The notes: generated by a model from the sequence alone, not told the origin. A stretch of 64,000 bases of DNA from Dehalococcoidia bacterium (GCA_034435615.1 DAOTWZ010000034.1:4381-68380); one strand, 5' to 3'. Shown: positions 18,894 to 28,541, numbered from the stretch's first letter. Numbers and translations are program-made.

Positions 18894-19817
18894 TCACCTC
18901 CTCGCCTCTGCCACCAGCTCCGCCACCAGGTTGTAGTTGCCGTGGGTGGGCACCAGGTAGACGCCGGCCGTGCGGCCCGCGCAGAAGGAGATGATGTCCC
19001 GGGCTATGGCTCGCCCCTCCTGGGGGGCGTCCGGGCCGGCGCGGCGGAGACGCTCTCGCATCTCCTCAGGGATGAGCATGCCCGGCACCTCGTGGTGCAG
19101 GCGCTCAGCGTGCTCGTAGCTGTGGAGGGGTATGACCCCCACCACGATGGGCTTGCCGAAGCGGGAGGCCCGCTCCAGGAAGCGCTCCAGTCGAGAGATG
19201 TCGAAGACGTTCTGGGTGAGGAAGAAGTCGGCGCCGGCCTCCACCTTGCGCCGCATGAGCCGTATCTCGGGCTCCAGGGGGTCGGCATTGGGGTTGCAGG
19301 AGGCGCCGATGTAGAAGGAGGCGGGCCGCCCTATGGAGCGCCCCGTCCAGTCCAGGCCTTCGTTGAGGAGGCGCAGGGTGCGGATGAGGCCCACAGCGCT
19401 GACGTCCCAGACGCCGATGACGTCCCGGTAGCCGCCCAGGGAGGGGGGGTCTCCCCGGAGGCAGAGGACGTTGCGGATGCCCAGGGCGTGGCAGCCCACC
19501 ATGTCCGAGTGGATGGCCATGGCGTTGCGGTCCCGCGTCGTGTAGTGCATGACGGTCTCCATCCCCAGCTCGCGCTGGATGAGGAGACAGAGGGCCCAGG
19601 GGCTCATGCGCACGTGGGCGGTGGGGCTGTCCCCCACGTTGATGACGTCGGCCCCCGCTTCTTTCATCAGGGCGGCCGCCTGCAGGGCGCGGCGGGGGCT
19701 CAGGCCGTGGGGCGGGTCTATCTCCACGCTGACGATGAAGCGGCCGGAGGCCAGCTTCTCCCGCAGCGTGGAGGGCTGGGCGGCCACTGGCGGGTCGGGT
19801 ATGCGGGTGCTGTCCAT
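18894..19817 (-). CDS. metF: methylenetetrahydrofolate reductase
   Basis: MetF-family similarity over the full length. Confidence 0.88.
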   Translation of the reverse strand: MDSTRIPDPPVAAQPSTLREKLASGRFIVSVEIDPPHGLSPRRALQAAALMKEAGADVINVGDSPTAHVRMSPWALCLLIQRELGMETVMHYTTRDRNAMAIHSDMVGCHALGIRNVLCLRGDPPSLGGYRDVIGVWDVSAVGLIRTLRLLNEGLDWTGRSIGRPASFYIGASCNPNADPLEPEIRLMRRKVEAGADFFLTQNVFDISRLERFLERASRFGKPIVVGVIPLHSYEHAERLHHEVPGMLIPEEMRERLRRAGPDAPQEGRAIARDIISFCAGRTAGVYLVPTHGNYNLVAELVAEARR

Positions 19818-19908
19818 AGTGAGATTTTATGTTAGCGGTATCGTTGGCCTGGGGCAACCGCCGGCCTCGCTTTCTCGTGGCCCTCGGCGGTGCTAGCATG
19901 GGCTTGGT

Positions 19909-20889
19909 ATGAGGGAGATGCCTTCCCCTGTCCGGGCCGCCGGCAGGGAGAGCCCCCACCCCTGGGCGGTGGAGGCGGAGGGGCTGGTCCTGGCCTACGG
20001 CGATCACCGCGCTCTGGACGGCCTCACTCTCAACGTCCCCGGCGGACAGCTCTTCGGCCTGCTGGGGCCCAACGGCTCTGGCAAGAGCACCCTGGTGCTG
20101 GCGCTGGCGGGGCTGCTGCAGCCCCAGGCCGGTGCCCTGCGAGTGCTGGGGCGTCCTCCATCGCCCGCTGTGCGGGCCTATATGGGCTTCCTCTTCCAGG
20201 GCAGCAGCCTGGACCCTTTCATGACGGTGGAGGAGACGCTCTGGCTGGCCGGGCGCCTCTACGGCCTGGGGGGACGGACGCTCAGGCGGCGCCTGGAGGA
20301 GCTCCTGGAGGGCTTCGGCCTGGGTGAGCGCTCCCGCGATGCCGTCCGCACCCTCTCCGGCGGCCTGCGCCGGCGGCTGGAGCTGGCCCGCGCCCTCCTC
20401 CACCGGCCGCGCCTGCTGGTCCTGGACGAGCCCACCACCGGCCTGGACCCGGAGGCGCGGGCCGCCCTCTGGCAGCAGCTACTGGCGGCCAACGCCGCCG
20501 GGGTCACCGTCCTCCTGGTGACCCACGAGGTGCTGGACGCCGAGCGTTACTGTCAGCGGGTGGCCTTCCTCTCCCAGGGCCGGGTGGTGGCGGAGGGTAG
20601 CCCCCAGGAACTCAAGGCCGGCCTGCGGCGGGACGCCGTGGTGGTGGAGTGGCCCGCCTGCCCGCCCGATGTGCTGGCCGAACTCTCTCGCTGGCCGGAG
20701 GTGGGCGAGGCCACCTGGGCGCCGCCCCTCCTGCACCTGAGCGTGGACCGCGCCGCCGATGTCGTCCCCCGCCTCTTCCAGATGGCCGGCGACGGCATCT
20801 CCAGCGTGCACGTCCATCCTGCCACGCTGGAGGACGCCTACTTCGCCATCGTCGGCAGGCCCTTCAGGGTGGAGGTGGGGACGCCGTGA
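19909..20889 (+). CDS. ABC transporter ATP-binding protein (ABC-2 exporter type)
   Basis: Walker A GPNGSGKST, signature LSGGLRRRL and Walker B LVLDEP. Confidence 0.9.
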   Translation: MREMPSPVRAAGRESPHPWAVEAEGLVLAYGDHRALDGLTLNVPGGQLFGLLGPNGSGKSTLVLALAGLLQPQAGALRVLGRPPSPAVRAYMGFLFQGSSLDPFMTVEETLWLAGRLYGLGGRTLRRRLEELLEGFGLGERSRDAVRTLSGGLRRRLELARALLHRPRLLVLDEPTTGLDPEARAALWQQLLAANAAGVTVLLVTHEVLDAERYCQRVAFLSQGRVVAEGSPQELKAGLRRDAVVVEWPACPPDVLAELSRWPEVGEATWAPPLLHLSVDRAADVVPRLFQMAGDGISSVHVHPATLEDAYFAIVGRPFRVEVGTP

Positions 20890-21680
20890 CGGGCGCCCTG
20901 GCCGTCTGGCAGGCCCTCCTCTGGCGAGACCTGCGGGCCGTCCTGCGCTCCCGCTCCCAGCTCTACTCCTCTGTCCTCTTCCCCCTCATGGTGGTGGCCT
21001 TCCTGGGGGCTGGCGTCTCCGGGGGGCTGGAGCCGGCCTCGGAGGCCATCCGTGACGGCGACTACGCCAGCTTCCTGGTGCCCGGCGCCATCGTCATGAC
21101 GGTGCTCTTCTCGTCCACCTTCTCCAGCGCCTCTTATTACTACGACAGGGACTGGGGGGTGTTGAAGGTCCTGCTGGTCTCCCCTCACCGGCCGATGGTG
21201 ATATTCGTGGGGAAGGCGCTGGGGGCGGTGGTCATCGGGTCGTTGCAGGCGCTGCTGGTCCTGCTCATCGCCTCGCTGGTGCCGCCCCTGGACCTGGCAT
21301 GGCAGTATGGCGTCCTCGCCGGCGTGCTGCTGACGCTGCTGACGGTGCTCCTTCTCTCCTCCTTCCTGGCCGGCCTGGCCCAGGTCCTGGCGAGCCGCAT
21401 CCGCACCATGCAGGGCTTCCACCTGCTGATGAACCTGGTCCTCTTCCCCTTCCTCTTCTTCTCCGGTGCCTTCTTCCCCCTGGAGGACCTGCCCCGCTGG
21501 TTGCAGGTGCTGGCCGTCCTCAATCCCCTCTCTTACGCCGTGGACCTGCTGCGGCTGGCCGTCTACGCCGAGGGTGGGACCTTCCTGGGGCTGGCGGTGG
21601 ACCTGCCCGTTCTCCTCGTCCTCGGCCTCCTGGTTCCCCTGCTGGGCGCCAGCGTGCGGGCCCAGCGGGCCCTCGTCTAG
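20886..21680 (+). CDS. ABC-2 family transporter permease
   Basis: A GTG start overlaps the upstream stop (GTGA); six TM helices. The track ORF extends upstream in antisense. Confidence 0.78.
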   Translation: MTGALAVWQALLWRDLRAVLRSRSQLYSSVLFPLMVVAFLGAGVSGGLEPASEAIRDGDYASFLVPGAIVMTVLFSSTFSSASYYYDRDWGVLKVLLVSPHRPMVIFVGKALGAVVIGSLQALLVLLIASLVPPLDLAWQYGVLAGVLLTLLTVLLLSSFLAGLAQVLASRIRTMQGFHLLMNLVLFPFLFFSGAFFPLEDLPRWLQVLAVLNPLSYAVDLLRLAVYAEGGTFLGLAVDLPVLLVLGLLVPLLGASVRAQRALV

Positions 21681-21723
21681 GGCTGTCACAGGTGATACAA
21701 TTCACATTCAGAGGTGCTGATCG

Positions 21724-22704
21724 GTGCGGTCTTTTCCGCGCCTGCCGCGGTGGGCGCTCCTCGTAGGGCCGTTGCTCGTGGCGACCCTCCTCGCCTGTGG
21801 CGGTGGTGGTAGCCCTTCCCCTGCTGGTGGAGACCCCACCAGCCCCGACTTCTGGCGGGTGGCCAGGCTAGGGGGAGAGATAAGCCCCCTCCTGGTGAAC
21901 AGCAGCCTGGCCGTGGGCAGCAACCGGGTGCAGTTCGGCCTCTTGGACCGGGAGCAGACGCCCATCCTAGGGGCCAGGGTGAACGTCCAGTTCTTCTACC
22001 TGGGCGGCGGCCAGCCCCAGCCCAAGGGGGAGAGGGAGACCCGCTTCGTCTCCATGCAGCTCTCCTTCGTGGACGAGAGCACCGGCCGCCTGGTGGAGCT
22101 CTCCCCCAATGGCGTCTATGTGACCGAGTTCAGCTTCGATACCGCCGGCCCCTGGGGGGCGGCCATCTCCGGCACCCTGTCCAACGGCGACCGCTTCGGC
22201 CCCCTGCCCTACCGGTTCGACGTGAGGGAGCGGACGCTGGAGCCCATGGTGGGCGACCCGGCCCCTCCCAGCGACAATCTCACTCTGCAGGACGTGAGCG
22301 ACATCAGGGAGCTCACCACCGACCTGCAGCCGATACCTGACCTCTACCGCTACACGGTGGCAGAGGCCCTCCAGACCGGCCGGCCCCTCGTCATCGTCTT
22401 CGCCACCCCCGCCTTCTGCGAGAGCCGCGTCTGCGGACCCGTCATGGAGGCCATCGTCCATCCTCTCTACCAGCGCTACCGCGAGCAGGCCATCTTCATC
22501 CACATTGAGCCCTACCAGCTCAAGGAGCTGCGGGAAGGGGTGGCCAGGATACCCGTCCAGGCGGTGAAGGACTGGAACCTCCCCTCTGAACCCTGGATCT
22601 TCGTGGTAGACCGCAACGGGCGGGTGGCTGCCAAGTTCGAGGGGATCGTATCGCTGGAGGAGGTGGAGGCGGCGCTGAAGGCGGTGCTGGGAGGCCAGCG
22701 ATAG
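21724..22704 (+). CDS. lipoprotein with C-terminal thioredoxin-fold domain (CxxxxC motif)
   Basis: Signal plus lipobox LLAC; C-terminal VIVFATPAFCESRVCGP thioredoxin-like segment. The track M is a GTG start. Confidence 0.72.
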   Translation: MRSFPRLPRWALLVGPLLVATLLACGGGGSPSPAGGDPTSPDFWRVARLGGEISPLLVNSSLAVGSNRVQFGLLDREQTPILGARVNVQFFYLGGGQPQPKGERETRFVSMQLSFVDESTGRLVELSPNGVYVTEFSFDTAGPWGAAISGTLSNGDRFGPLPYRFDVRERTLEPMVGDPAPPSDNLTLQDVSDIRELTTDLQPIPDLYRYTVAEALQTGRPLVIVFATPAFCESRVCGPVMEAIVHPLYQRYREQAIFIHIEPYQLKELREGVARIPVQAVKDWNLPSEPWIFVVDRNGRVAAKFEGIVSLEEVEAALKAVLGGQR

Positions 22705-22796
22705 CGTTGACCTTACACCGGACTTGTGATAAGAGATGCAAAGGGAGAGCCCCAACGCACTAGCGGGGCCGTGACTGGCCCCCCAGGTGGTGAGGC

Positions 22797-23777
22797 ATGG
22801 AGTATGTTCAGCTAGTCCTGGCCCAGATCCCCGGCGATAAGCTGGACGAGGCGCTGCGCCCCGGCGGGCTCCTCGCCAAGCTGGACGACCACCGCAACTA
22901 CCTGGTCCACCAGCCGGGCTTCCACGACCTGCGGGTGGTGCGCTCCATCAACCGTGAGGGGAACGTCCAGCTAGTGGTGGAGACCCGCTGGGAGGACGAC
23001 CAGAGCCTCATCGACTACGAGACGGGCGAGCCCACCGTCGTCTCCATCCTCAACGAGCACCGTGACCTGCTGGTGCCCGGCAGCCTGCAGGTGCTGGACA
23101 TGGAGGCCCTGCGCAGCGAGGGCTGGTGGCAGCAGTTCGAGGCGGAGCAGGCGGTGCGCCAGCGCCTGGCCTTCCCCATCTTCCTGCCGGTGGGTATCTT
23201 CCTCTTCTCGGTGCTGGTCATATACGGCCTCTCTCGCATCTACCTGGAGCTGGCCGAGTGGCACTGGGGCGATGTCAACGGCGCCACCGTCCTGGCCCTG
23301 GTGGTGGCCACCATCATCCTGGGCACGGGCACTTTCGTGGCCCTGAACCGCAACATCAAGGCCTGGCAGATAGGTGGCCTCGCCGCCTTCTTCCTTCTGG
23401 CCATCCTGGCGGGGAGTATCTGGGCGGCCGTGCACGAGGGAGGGGGCGCCGCCGAGGCCGGCCCGCCAGTTGAGGGCGGCGCCCCGGCCGGTGGTGCCCT
23501 CACCATACGGGCCGTCCCCTCCCTCCGGTTCGACAAGGACCGCCTCACCGTCCCCGCCAATCAGCAGGTCACCATCACCTTCGTCAACGAGGACACCGGC
23601 ATCCCCCACAACTTCGCCGTATACCGGACGCAGGCCGCCACCGAGGTCATCGCCCAGGGAGCTACCTGCATTGCCCCCTGCCAGAACACGGTGACGGTGC
23701 CGCCCCTCTCCGCTGGTCGCTACTTCTTCCGCTGCGATGTCCACCCGCAGATGACGGGTACTCTGGTGGTCCAGTAG
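22797..23777 (+). CDS. fusion protein: N-terminal ABM (dimeric alpha/beta-barrel) domain, 3 TM helices, C-terminal type-1 copper cupredoxin (auracyanin/plastocyanin-like)
   Basis: Type-1 Cu ligand set HNFAV ... CDVHPQM (His, Cys, His, Met); three hydrophobic helices mid-protein; an ABM-like N-terminus. Confidence 0.78.
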   Translation: MEYVQLVLAQIPGDKLDEALRPGGLLAKLDDHRNYLVHQPGFHDLRVVRSINREGNVQLVVETRWEDDQSLIDYETGEPTVVSILNEHRDLLVPGSLQVLDMEALRSEGWWQQFEAEQAVRQRLAFPIFLPVGIFLFSVLVIYGLSRIYLELAEWHWGDVNGATVLALVVATIILGTGTFVALNRNIKAWQIGGLAAFFLLAILAGSIWAAVHEGGGAAEAGPPVEGGAPAGGALTIRAVPSLRFDKDRLTVPANQQVTITFVNEDTGIPHNFAVYRTQAATEVIAQGATCIAPCQNTVTVPPLSAGRYFFRCDVHPQMTGTLVVQ

Positions 23778-23816
23778 CTCAGGGCCCTTCCTCGCTAGGA
23801 AAAGAGGCTAGAGGAA

Positions 23817-23845
23817 TGGGGGGCCGCCCGCACCGGGCGGCCCCC
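23817..23845. terminator. bidirectional GC-rich hairpin between convergent cupredoxin gene and ctaG
   Basis: GGGGGGCCGCCC-gcacc-GGGCGGCCCCCC forms a perfect 12-bp stem with no clear U-tract on either side. Confidence 0.5.
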
Positions 23846-23885
23846 CATCGCACTCGTGGTATCTTACGGGGTCCTGCGCGGACGG

Positions 23886-24797
23886 CTATCTGGAGGGGCT
23901 GGGCCCTTTGTCGCTGCGCCGGGTGAGGCCCAGCCGCTGCAACTCCGCCTCCACCCCCTCCCAGCGGGGGCCCCTCTCCTGGGCCTCGTGCTGGGCGTAC
24001 CAGCGGAAGAAGGCGACGGCGATGAAGACCCACATGATGATGGCCGGCACCAGCTTCATCACCAGGCCTCCCACCTGCTGGTCGGTTATGGGGTCCAGCC
24101 GCTCCCAGATGCGGGGGCTCTGTCCGTAGATGGGGTAGATGAGGCGGTCGGAGAAGGTGAGGAAGGAGGCCAGGACAGAGGGTATGAGGGACTGGGCAAA
24201 CAGGTAGGCCATTTGCATGGGGTAGGAGATGGGCGGCAGTTCGGGCATGTTGCTGAGCACCGGCCACCAGAGGACGAGCCCTGCCAGGAGGAGGAGGGCG
24301 TGCACCAGGATGTGGTACCAGCCCTGCTGCACCTGGAGCTCTATGGAGGGCGGCAGGTGGGTGAAGAGGAGCACGCCGTTGAAGACGAAGAGGGCCACTA
24401 TGGGGTGCACCAGCCAGCGGGCGAGACCCCTGACGGGTCCCTGGGGCAGCAGCCATTGCCAGAGCCAGGAGGGGACGCCCGCCAGGAGGAGGGGGGCGGC
24501 GATGGTGGTGAAGGCCACGTGCTGCATCATGTGGGCGCTGGCCAGCCAGCCCTCGGAGAGGCGCTCCAGGGGAGAACTGTCGGCCAGGTAGAGGGCGAAG
24601 AGCCCCAGCAGGAAGAGCCCTACCTGGGCCCGCTTCACCCGTCCGGCGTCAGAGATGCGGGGGCGCAGGTAGCGCAGGGCGTAGATGTAGGCCCCCAACA
24701 GGGCCAGGATGATGATGAGGACGTCGGGATGGATCCAGGCTGACCAGTCGAACGGCCCGGCACCGCCGGGTATGCCTACGATGTGCAGGAATGGCAT
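23886..24797 (-). CDS. ctaG: cytochrome c oxidase assembly factor CtaG (Caa3-type CtaG family)
   Basis: Polytopic membrane protein resembling Bacillus CtaG, at the distal end of the cox operon. Confidence 0.8.
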   Translation of the reverse strand: MPFLHIVGIPGGAGPFDWSAWIHPDVLIIILALLGAYIYALRYLRPRISDAGRVKRAQVGLFLLGLFALYLADSSPLERLSEGWLASAHMMQHVAFTTIAAPLLLAGVPSWLWQWLLPQGPVRGLARWLVHPIVALFVFNGVLLFTHLPPSIELQVQQGWYHILVHALLLLAGLVLWWPVLSNMPELPPISYPMQMAYLFAQSLIPSVLASFLTFSDRLIYPIYGQSPRIWERLDPITDQQVGGLVMKLVPAIIMWVFIAVAFFRWYAQHEAQERGPRWEGVEAELQRLGLTRRSDKGPSPSR

Positions 24798-24821
24798 CGC
24801 CCTAGCATCGCCCGCCCTTCC

Positions 24822-25166
24822 TCACAGGAGACCAGCCCCCAGAGTAGCCAAGGTAGCCACGAACAGGGCTATGGTCATCGCCAGACCCATAGCGAAGAGG
24901 GCCGAGAAGAGCTTGCTGTCGAAGCGCAGGTGCATGTACCAGAGGACCACCAGCACGAACTTGATGGAGGAGAGGGCCAGCAGCAGCTCCACCAGTATGC
25001 CGTGCAGAGACGGTATGTAGTAGATGGCCACCTCGATGGCGGTGACGATGAAGAGGATCACAGCCACCCGCACGTAGTCCGCCACCGTAGGGTGGAAGCC
25101 GTGCCTCTCTACCGTCTGGGCCTCTTCCTGGGCCTTGCGGACGCCACGCAGTTCGGACAGGGTCAT
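24822..25166 (-). CDS. ctaF: cytochrome c oxidase subunit IV (bacterial CoxD/CtaF type)
   Basis: 114-aa protein with 3 TM helices, immediately downstream of subunit III. Confidence 0.78.
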   Translation of the reverse strand: MTLSELRGVRKAQEEAQTVERHGFHPTVADYVRVAVILFIVTAIEVAIYYIPSLHGILVELLLALSSIKFVLVVLWYMHLRFDSKLFSALFAMGLAMTIALFVATLATLGAGLL

Positions 25167-25177
25167 CGGTCACCCTC

Positions 25178-25777
25178 CTAGGGCTGGATCAGATAGACCA
25201 GGGTGAAGATGAGGATCCAGACGATGTCCACGAAGTGCCAGTAGAGGCCGCTGAGCTCCACGTTGATGGCGTTGTGGCGTCCTATCTGCCCCCGCATGGC
25301 CATCACCCACAGGGAGAGGAGGATGAGGACGCCTACGGAGACGTGAGCGCCGTGGAAGCCGGTCAGGATGTAGAAGGTGCTGCCGAAGAGGTTGGAGGAG
25401 AGGGTCAAACCACGGTGGTAGAAATCGGTGAACTCGAAGGCCTGGCCGGCCAGGAAGGACATGCCTAGCAGGGCGGTGGTCAGCAACCACGTCCGCAGGG
25501 CGCGGACATCGCCCCGGTTGGCCGCCGCAACCGAGAGGGCCATGGTGGTGCTGCTCATGAGGAGGACGAAGGAGCTGACGGAGGTGAAGGGGATGTCGAA
25601 GACGTCGGACGGTTGGGGGCCGGTCTGGCTCTGGCCCCGGTACAGCAGGTAGGTGGCGATGAGGGAGCCGAAGAAGAAGGCCTCCGAGGCCAGGAACAGC
25701 CACATCGCCAGTTTGCGGTTGTCCAGCCCCGTGGAGGTCTCCAGGGTGGACTCGGCCAGGCGTGCCGTCTGGTGCAT
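25178..25777 (-). CDS. ctaE: cytochrome c oxidase subunit III
   Basis: Subunit III family similarity over the full length. Confidence 0.9.
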   Translation of the reverse strand: MHQTARLAESTLETSTGLDNRKLAMWLFLASEAFFFGSLIATYLLYRGQSQTGPQPSDVFDIPFTSVSSFVLLMSSTTMALSVAAANRGDVRALRTWLLTTALLGMSFLAGQAFEFTDFYHRGLTLSSNLFGSTFYILTGFHGAHVSVGVLILLSLWVMAMRGQIGRHNAINVELSGLYWHFVDIVWILIFTLVYLIQP

Positions 25778-25813
25778 CTGGTCTCCTCCTGCTCTCCCCT
25801 TCGTCCCTCTTCT

Positions 25814-27712
25814 TCACTCGCTGGCCGGCTCCAGGGCCCAGCCGTAAATGCCCAGCAGGAGCACCACCACCCCCGCCGCTACCAGGGCGTAGTCGGCGTA
25901 GATGAAGCCATAGCCGATGATGGGGAAGCCCAAGGCGGCGATGAGGGGGAAGTAAGAGGGAGAAGGCATGTGGATGCCATGGCCGCCGTGCCCCTCCGCC
26001 TCGTGGTGCTCCTCACCGTTGGCGCCGCCGGCCACCACGGGGACGGGGCGGCCCTCCTGGTCCTCCACGTACTTCTCGTGCCAGTAGGGGTCACGGGCCC
26101 GCACGTGGGGGATCTCGGCGAAGTTGTAGGGCGGAGGCGGCGAAGGAATGCTCCATTCCAGGGTGCGGCCGTCCCAGGGGTCGGCGCCCGCTACCTCGCC
26201 CCGCCGCATCACCAGGCTGTAGATGGCGTTGATGATGAACACCAGTATGGAGAGGGCGATGACGAAGGTGCCGATGGTGGCCAGCAAGTTCCAGATCTCC
26301 AGCCCGAAGCCAGAGGGGTAGGTGTAGACCCGTCGCGGCATCCCCATCAGCCCTGCCACCATCATGGGCTGGAAGGTCAGGTTGAAGCCCAGGAGCATCA
26401 GCCAGAAGTGGAGCTGCCCCAGCTTCTCGTTGAAGAGGCGGCCGGTGAACTTGGGCAGCCAGTAGTAGATGCCGGCGAAGAGGGCGAAGATAGCGCCGCC
26501 GAAGAGCACCTGGTGGAAGTGGGCCACCACGAAGTAGGTGTCCTGCTGCTGGTAGTCCGAGGGGACCATGGAGTGCATGACCCCCGTGAGCCCGCCGATG
26601 ACGAACATGCTGATGAAGCCCACAGCAAAGAGGAGGGGCGTGCGCAGACTGATGTTACCGCCCCACAGAGTCCCTATCCAGTTGAAGATCTTCACCCCCG
26701 TGGGGACGGCGATGAGGATGGTGGTGATGCCGAAGGCGGAGTTGGCCACCGGGCCCAGCCCCGTGGTGTACATGTGGTGCACCCACACGCCGAAGCTCAT
26801 GAAGGCGATGGCTATCCCCGAGAAGACCACGAAGGGATAGCCGAAGAGGGGCTTGCGGGCGAAGGTGGGCAGCACCTCCGATACGATGCCCATGGCTGGC
26901 AGGATGAGGATGTAGACCTCCGGGTGGCCGAAGAGCCAGAACAGGTGCTGCCAGAGCAGGGGCGTCCCGCCGGCCGCCGGGTTGAAGAAGTGGGCACCGA
27001 AGAGGCGGGAGAAAGACAGCTGGAACAGGGCCACCGCCAGCACCGGCATGGCGAAGATGATGAGGAACGAGGTCACCATCGTCATCCAGACGAAGACGGG
27101 CAGGCGGAAGAGGGACATGCCGGGCGCCCGCATGTTGAGGATGGTCACCAAGAAGTTGAAGCCGGAGGCCAGGGAGGAGATGCCCAGTATCTGGAGACCC
27201 AGGGCCCAGAAGTCTATGCCGTGCCCGGGCTGGCGGACGGTGAGAGGAGCGTAGCCGAACCAGCCCCCGTCCGGCGGACCGCCCAGGATATGGCTGGAGT
27301 AGAGGAAGAGGCCTCCCAGGAGGAAGACCCAGTAGCTGAAGGCGTTCAGGCGGGGGAAGGCCACGTCCCGGGCACCGATCATCAGCGGCACCACCAGGTT
27401 GAAGAAGGCGGAGGAGAGAGGCATCACCACCAGGAAGATCATGGTGGTGCCGTGCATGGTGAAGAACTCGTTGAAGGTCTGGGGGTCGACGATGTCGGCC
27501 TCGGGGCGGGCCAACTGAAGGCGGATGAGGAGAGCGTAGATGCCGCCCGCCAGGAAGAAGAGGAGGGAGGTCACCAGGTACATCATGCCGATGCGCTTGT
27601 GGTCCACCGTGGCGATCCAGCTCCAGATGCCCTGGTAGGTGGCAGCGTCCCGGCGGACCTGACGCAGCGTCTCCAGCAGCCCCAGGGGCTTCGGTACCGT
27701 CGCTTGCGCCAT
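25814..27712 (-). CDS. ctaD: cytochrome c oxidase subunit I (heme-copper oxidase, A-type)
   Basis: 632 aa with canonical subunit I His ligands, plus a C-terminal extension. Confidence 0.95.
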   Translation of the reverse strand: MAQATVPKPLGLLETLRQVRRDAATYQGIWSWIATVDHKRIGMMYLVTSLLFFLAGGIYALLIRLQLARPEADIVDPQTFNEFFTMHGTTMIFLVVMPLSSAFFNLVVPLMIGARDVAFPRLNAFSYWVFLLGGLFLYSSHILGGPPDGGWFGYAPLTVRQPGHGIDFWALGLQILGISSLASGFNFLVTILNMRAPGMSLFRLPVFVWMTMVTSFLIIFAMPVLAVALFQLSFSRLFGAHFFNPAAGGTPLLWQHLFWLFGHPEVYILILPAMGIVSEVLPTFARKPLFGYPFVVFSGIAIAFMSFGVWVHHMYTTGLGPVANSAFGITTILIAVPTGVKIFNWIGTLWGGNISLRTPLLFAVGFISMFVIGGLTGVMHSMVPSDYQQQDTYFVVAHFHQVLFGGAIFALFAGIYYWLPKFTGRLFNEKLGQLHFWLMLLGFNLTFQPMMVAGLMGMPRRVYTYPSGFGLEIWNLLATIGTFVIALSILVFIINAIYSLVMRRGEVAGADPWDGRTLEWSIPSPPPPYNFAEIPHVRARDPYWHEKYVEDQEGRPVPVVAGGANGEEHHEAEGHGGHGIHMPSPSYFPLIAALGFPIIGYGFIYADYALVAAGVVVLLLGIYGWALEPASE

Positions 27713-27725
27713 AGCTATTACCTCC

Positions 27726-28541
27726 CTAGCGGGCCGTCCCTTGCTGTTGGCCCTGGCCGCTCTGGGCCTGGGCAGCTAGTTGCTGCTGCGCCCAGGCGCG
27801 GAAGCTCTCCTCGCTCTCGTGGACCACCACTACCATGCGCATGTCGGCGTGCAGGAGACCACAGTACTCGGCACACTGGCCGGGGTAGGTGCCCGGCTCC
27901 TCCGCCACCAGCAGCAGGTGGTTGGTGTGGCCGGGGATGGCGTCCCTCTTGCCGGCCAGCCGTGGCACCCAGAAGCTGTGGATGACATCGGAGGCTGTGA
28001 GCTCCAGCGCCACCTCCTGGCCGACAGGAATATGGAGCTCAGCGGGGCGCTCCGGGGTGCCCAGGATGGTCAGGGGCTTCCCCTGGCTGTCGGTGATGGT
28101 GGGATACTCGAACTGCCACGCCCACTGGATGCCCGTCACCTTGACGGGGAGGGCGTTGGCGGAAGGCGGGCGGTCATGGTCTATGATCATGGAGACCATG
28201 GGCACCGCCAGCCCCAGGAGGACGAAGAGGGGCGCCAGCGTCCAGATCACCTCTATGGGCGGGTTGCCGTGCACCTGCTTGGGCAGGCTACGGCCGCGCC
28301 GGTGGCGGAAGACGATGAGGGCGACGATGAGCGCCCCTTCCACCAGTATCATGATGGCCAGGGCCGGCCACATGGCGTAGAGGAACAGGTTCTTCTGCTC
28401 CCGTGCGAACTCCCCCCGCGGGGCGAAGGTGTTCTGGGGGGCGTCCACATCGCCGATGCCAGTGCAGGCGGTCAGGAGGACTACGAGGAGCAACGGGAGC
28501 AGGGGGACCAGGTATCGGGCCAGAGTGCGCAGCGTCTTCAA
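27726..28541 (-). CDS. ctaC: cytochrome c oxidase subunit II (CuA; no fused cytochrome c domain)
   Basis: CuA ligands HSFWVP ... CAEYCGLLHADM. 271 aa, so there is no C-terminal cytochrome c domain. Confidence 0.93.
   Translation of the reverse strand: MKTLRTLARYLVPLLPLLLVVLLTACTGIGDVDAPQNTFAPRGEFAREQKNLFLYAMWPALAIMILVEGALIVALIVFRHRRGRSLPKQVHGNPPIEVIWTLAPLFVLLGLAVPMVSMIIDHDRPPSANALPVKVTGIQWAWQFEYPTITDSQGKPLTILGTPERPAELHIPVGQEVALELTASDVIHSFWVPRLAGKRDAIPGHTNHLLLVAEEPGTYPGQCAEYCGLLHADMRMVVVVHESEESFRAWAQQQLAAQAQSGQGQQQGTAR

Noticed and set aside
25613-27985. The 790-aa plus-strand ORF and similar very long ORFs (14881-16641, 34262-37294, 43942-45180, 60638-62938, 7433-8340 part)
   Set aside because: They are antisense to strongly supported genes (coxA, the UDG/membrane genes, selD/nth, the LysM gene, fadD-like). 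Their composition is low-complexity Gly/Ala/Arg/Pro/His, typical of spurious ORFs in about 70% GC DNA.
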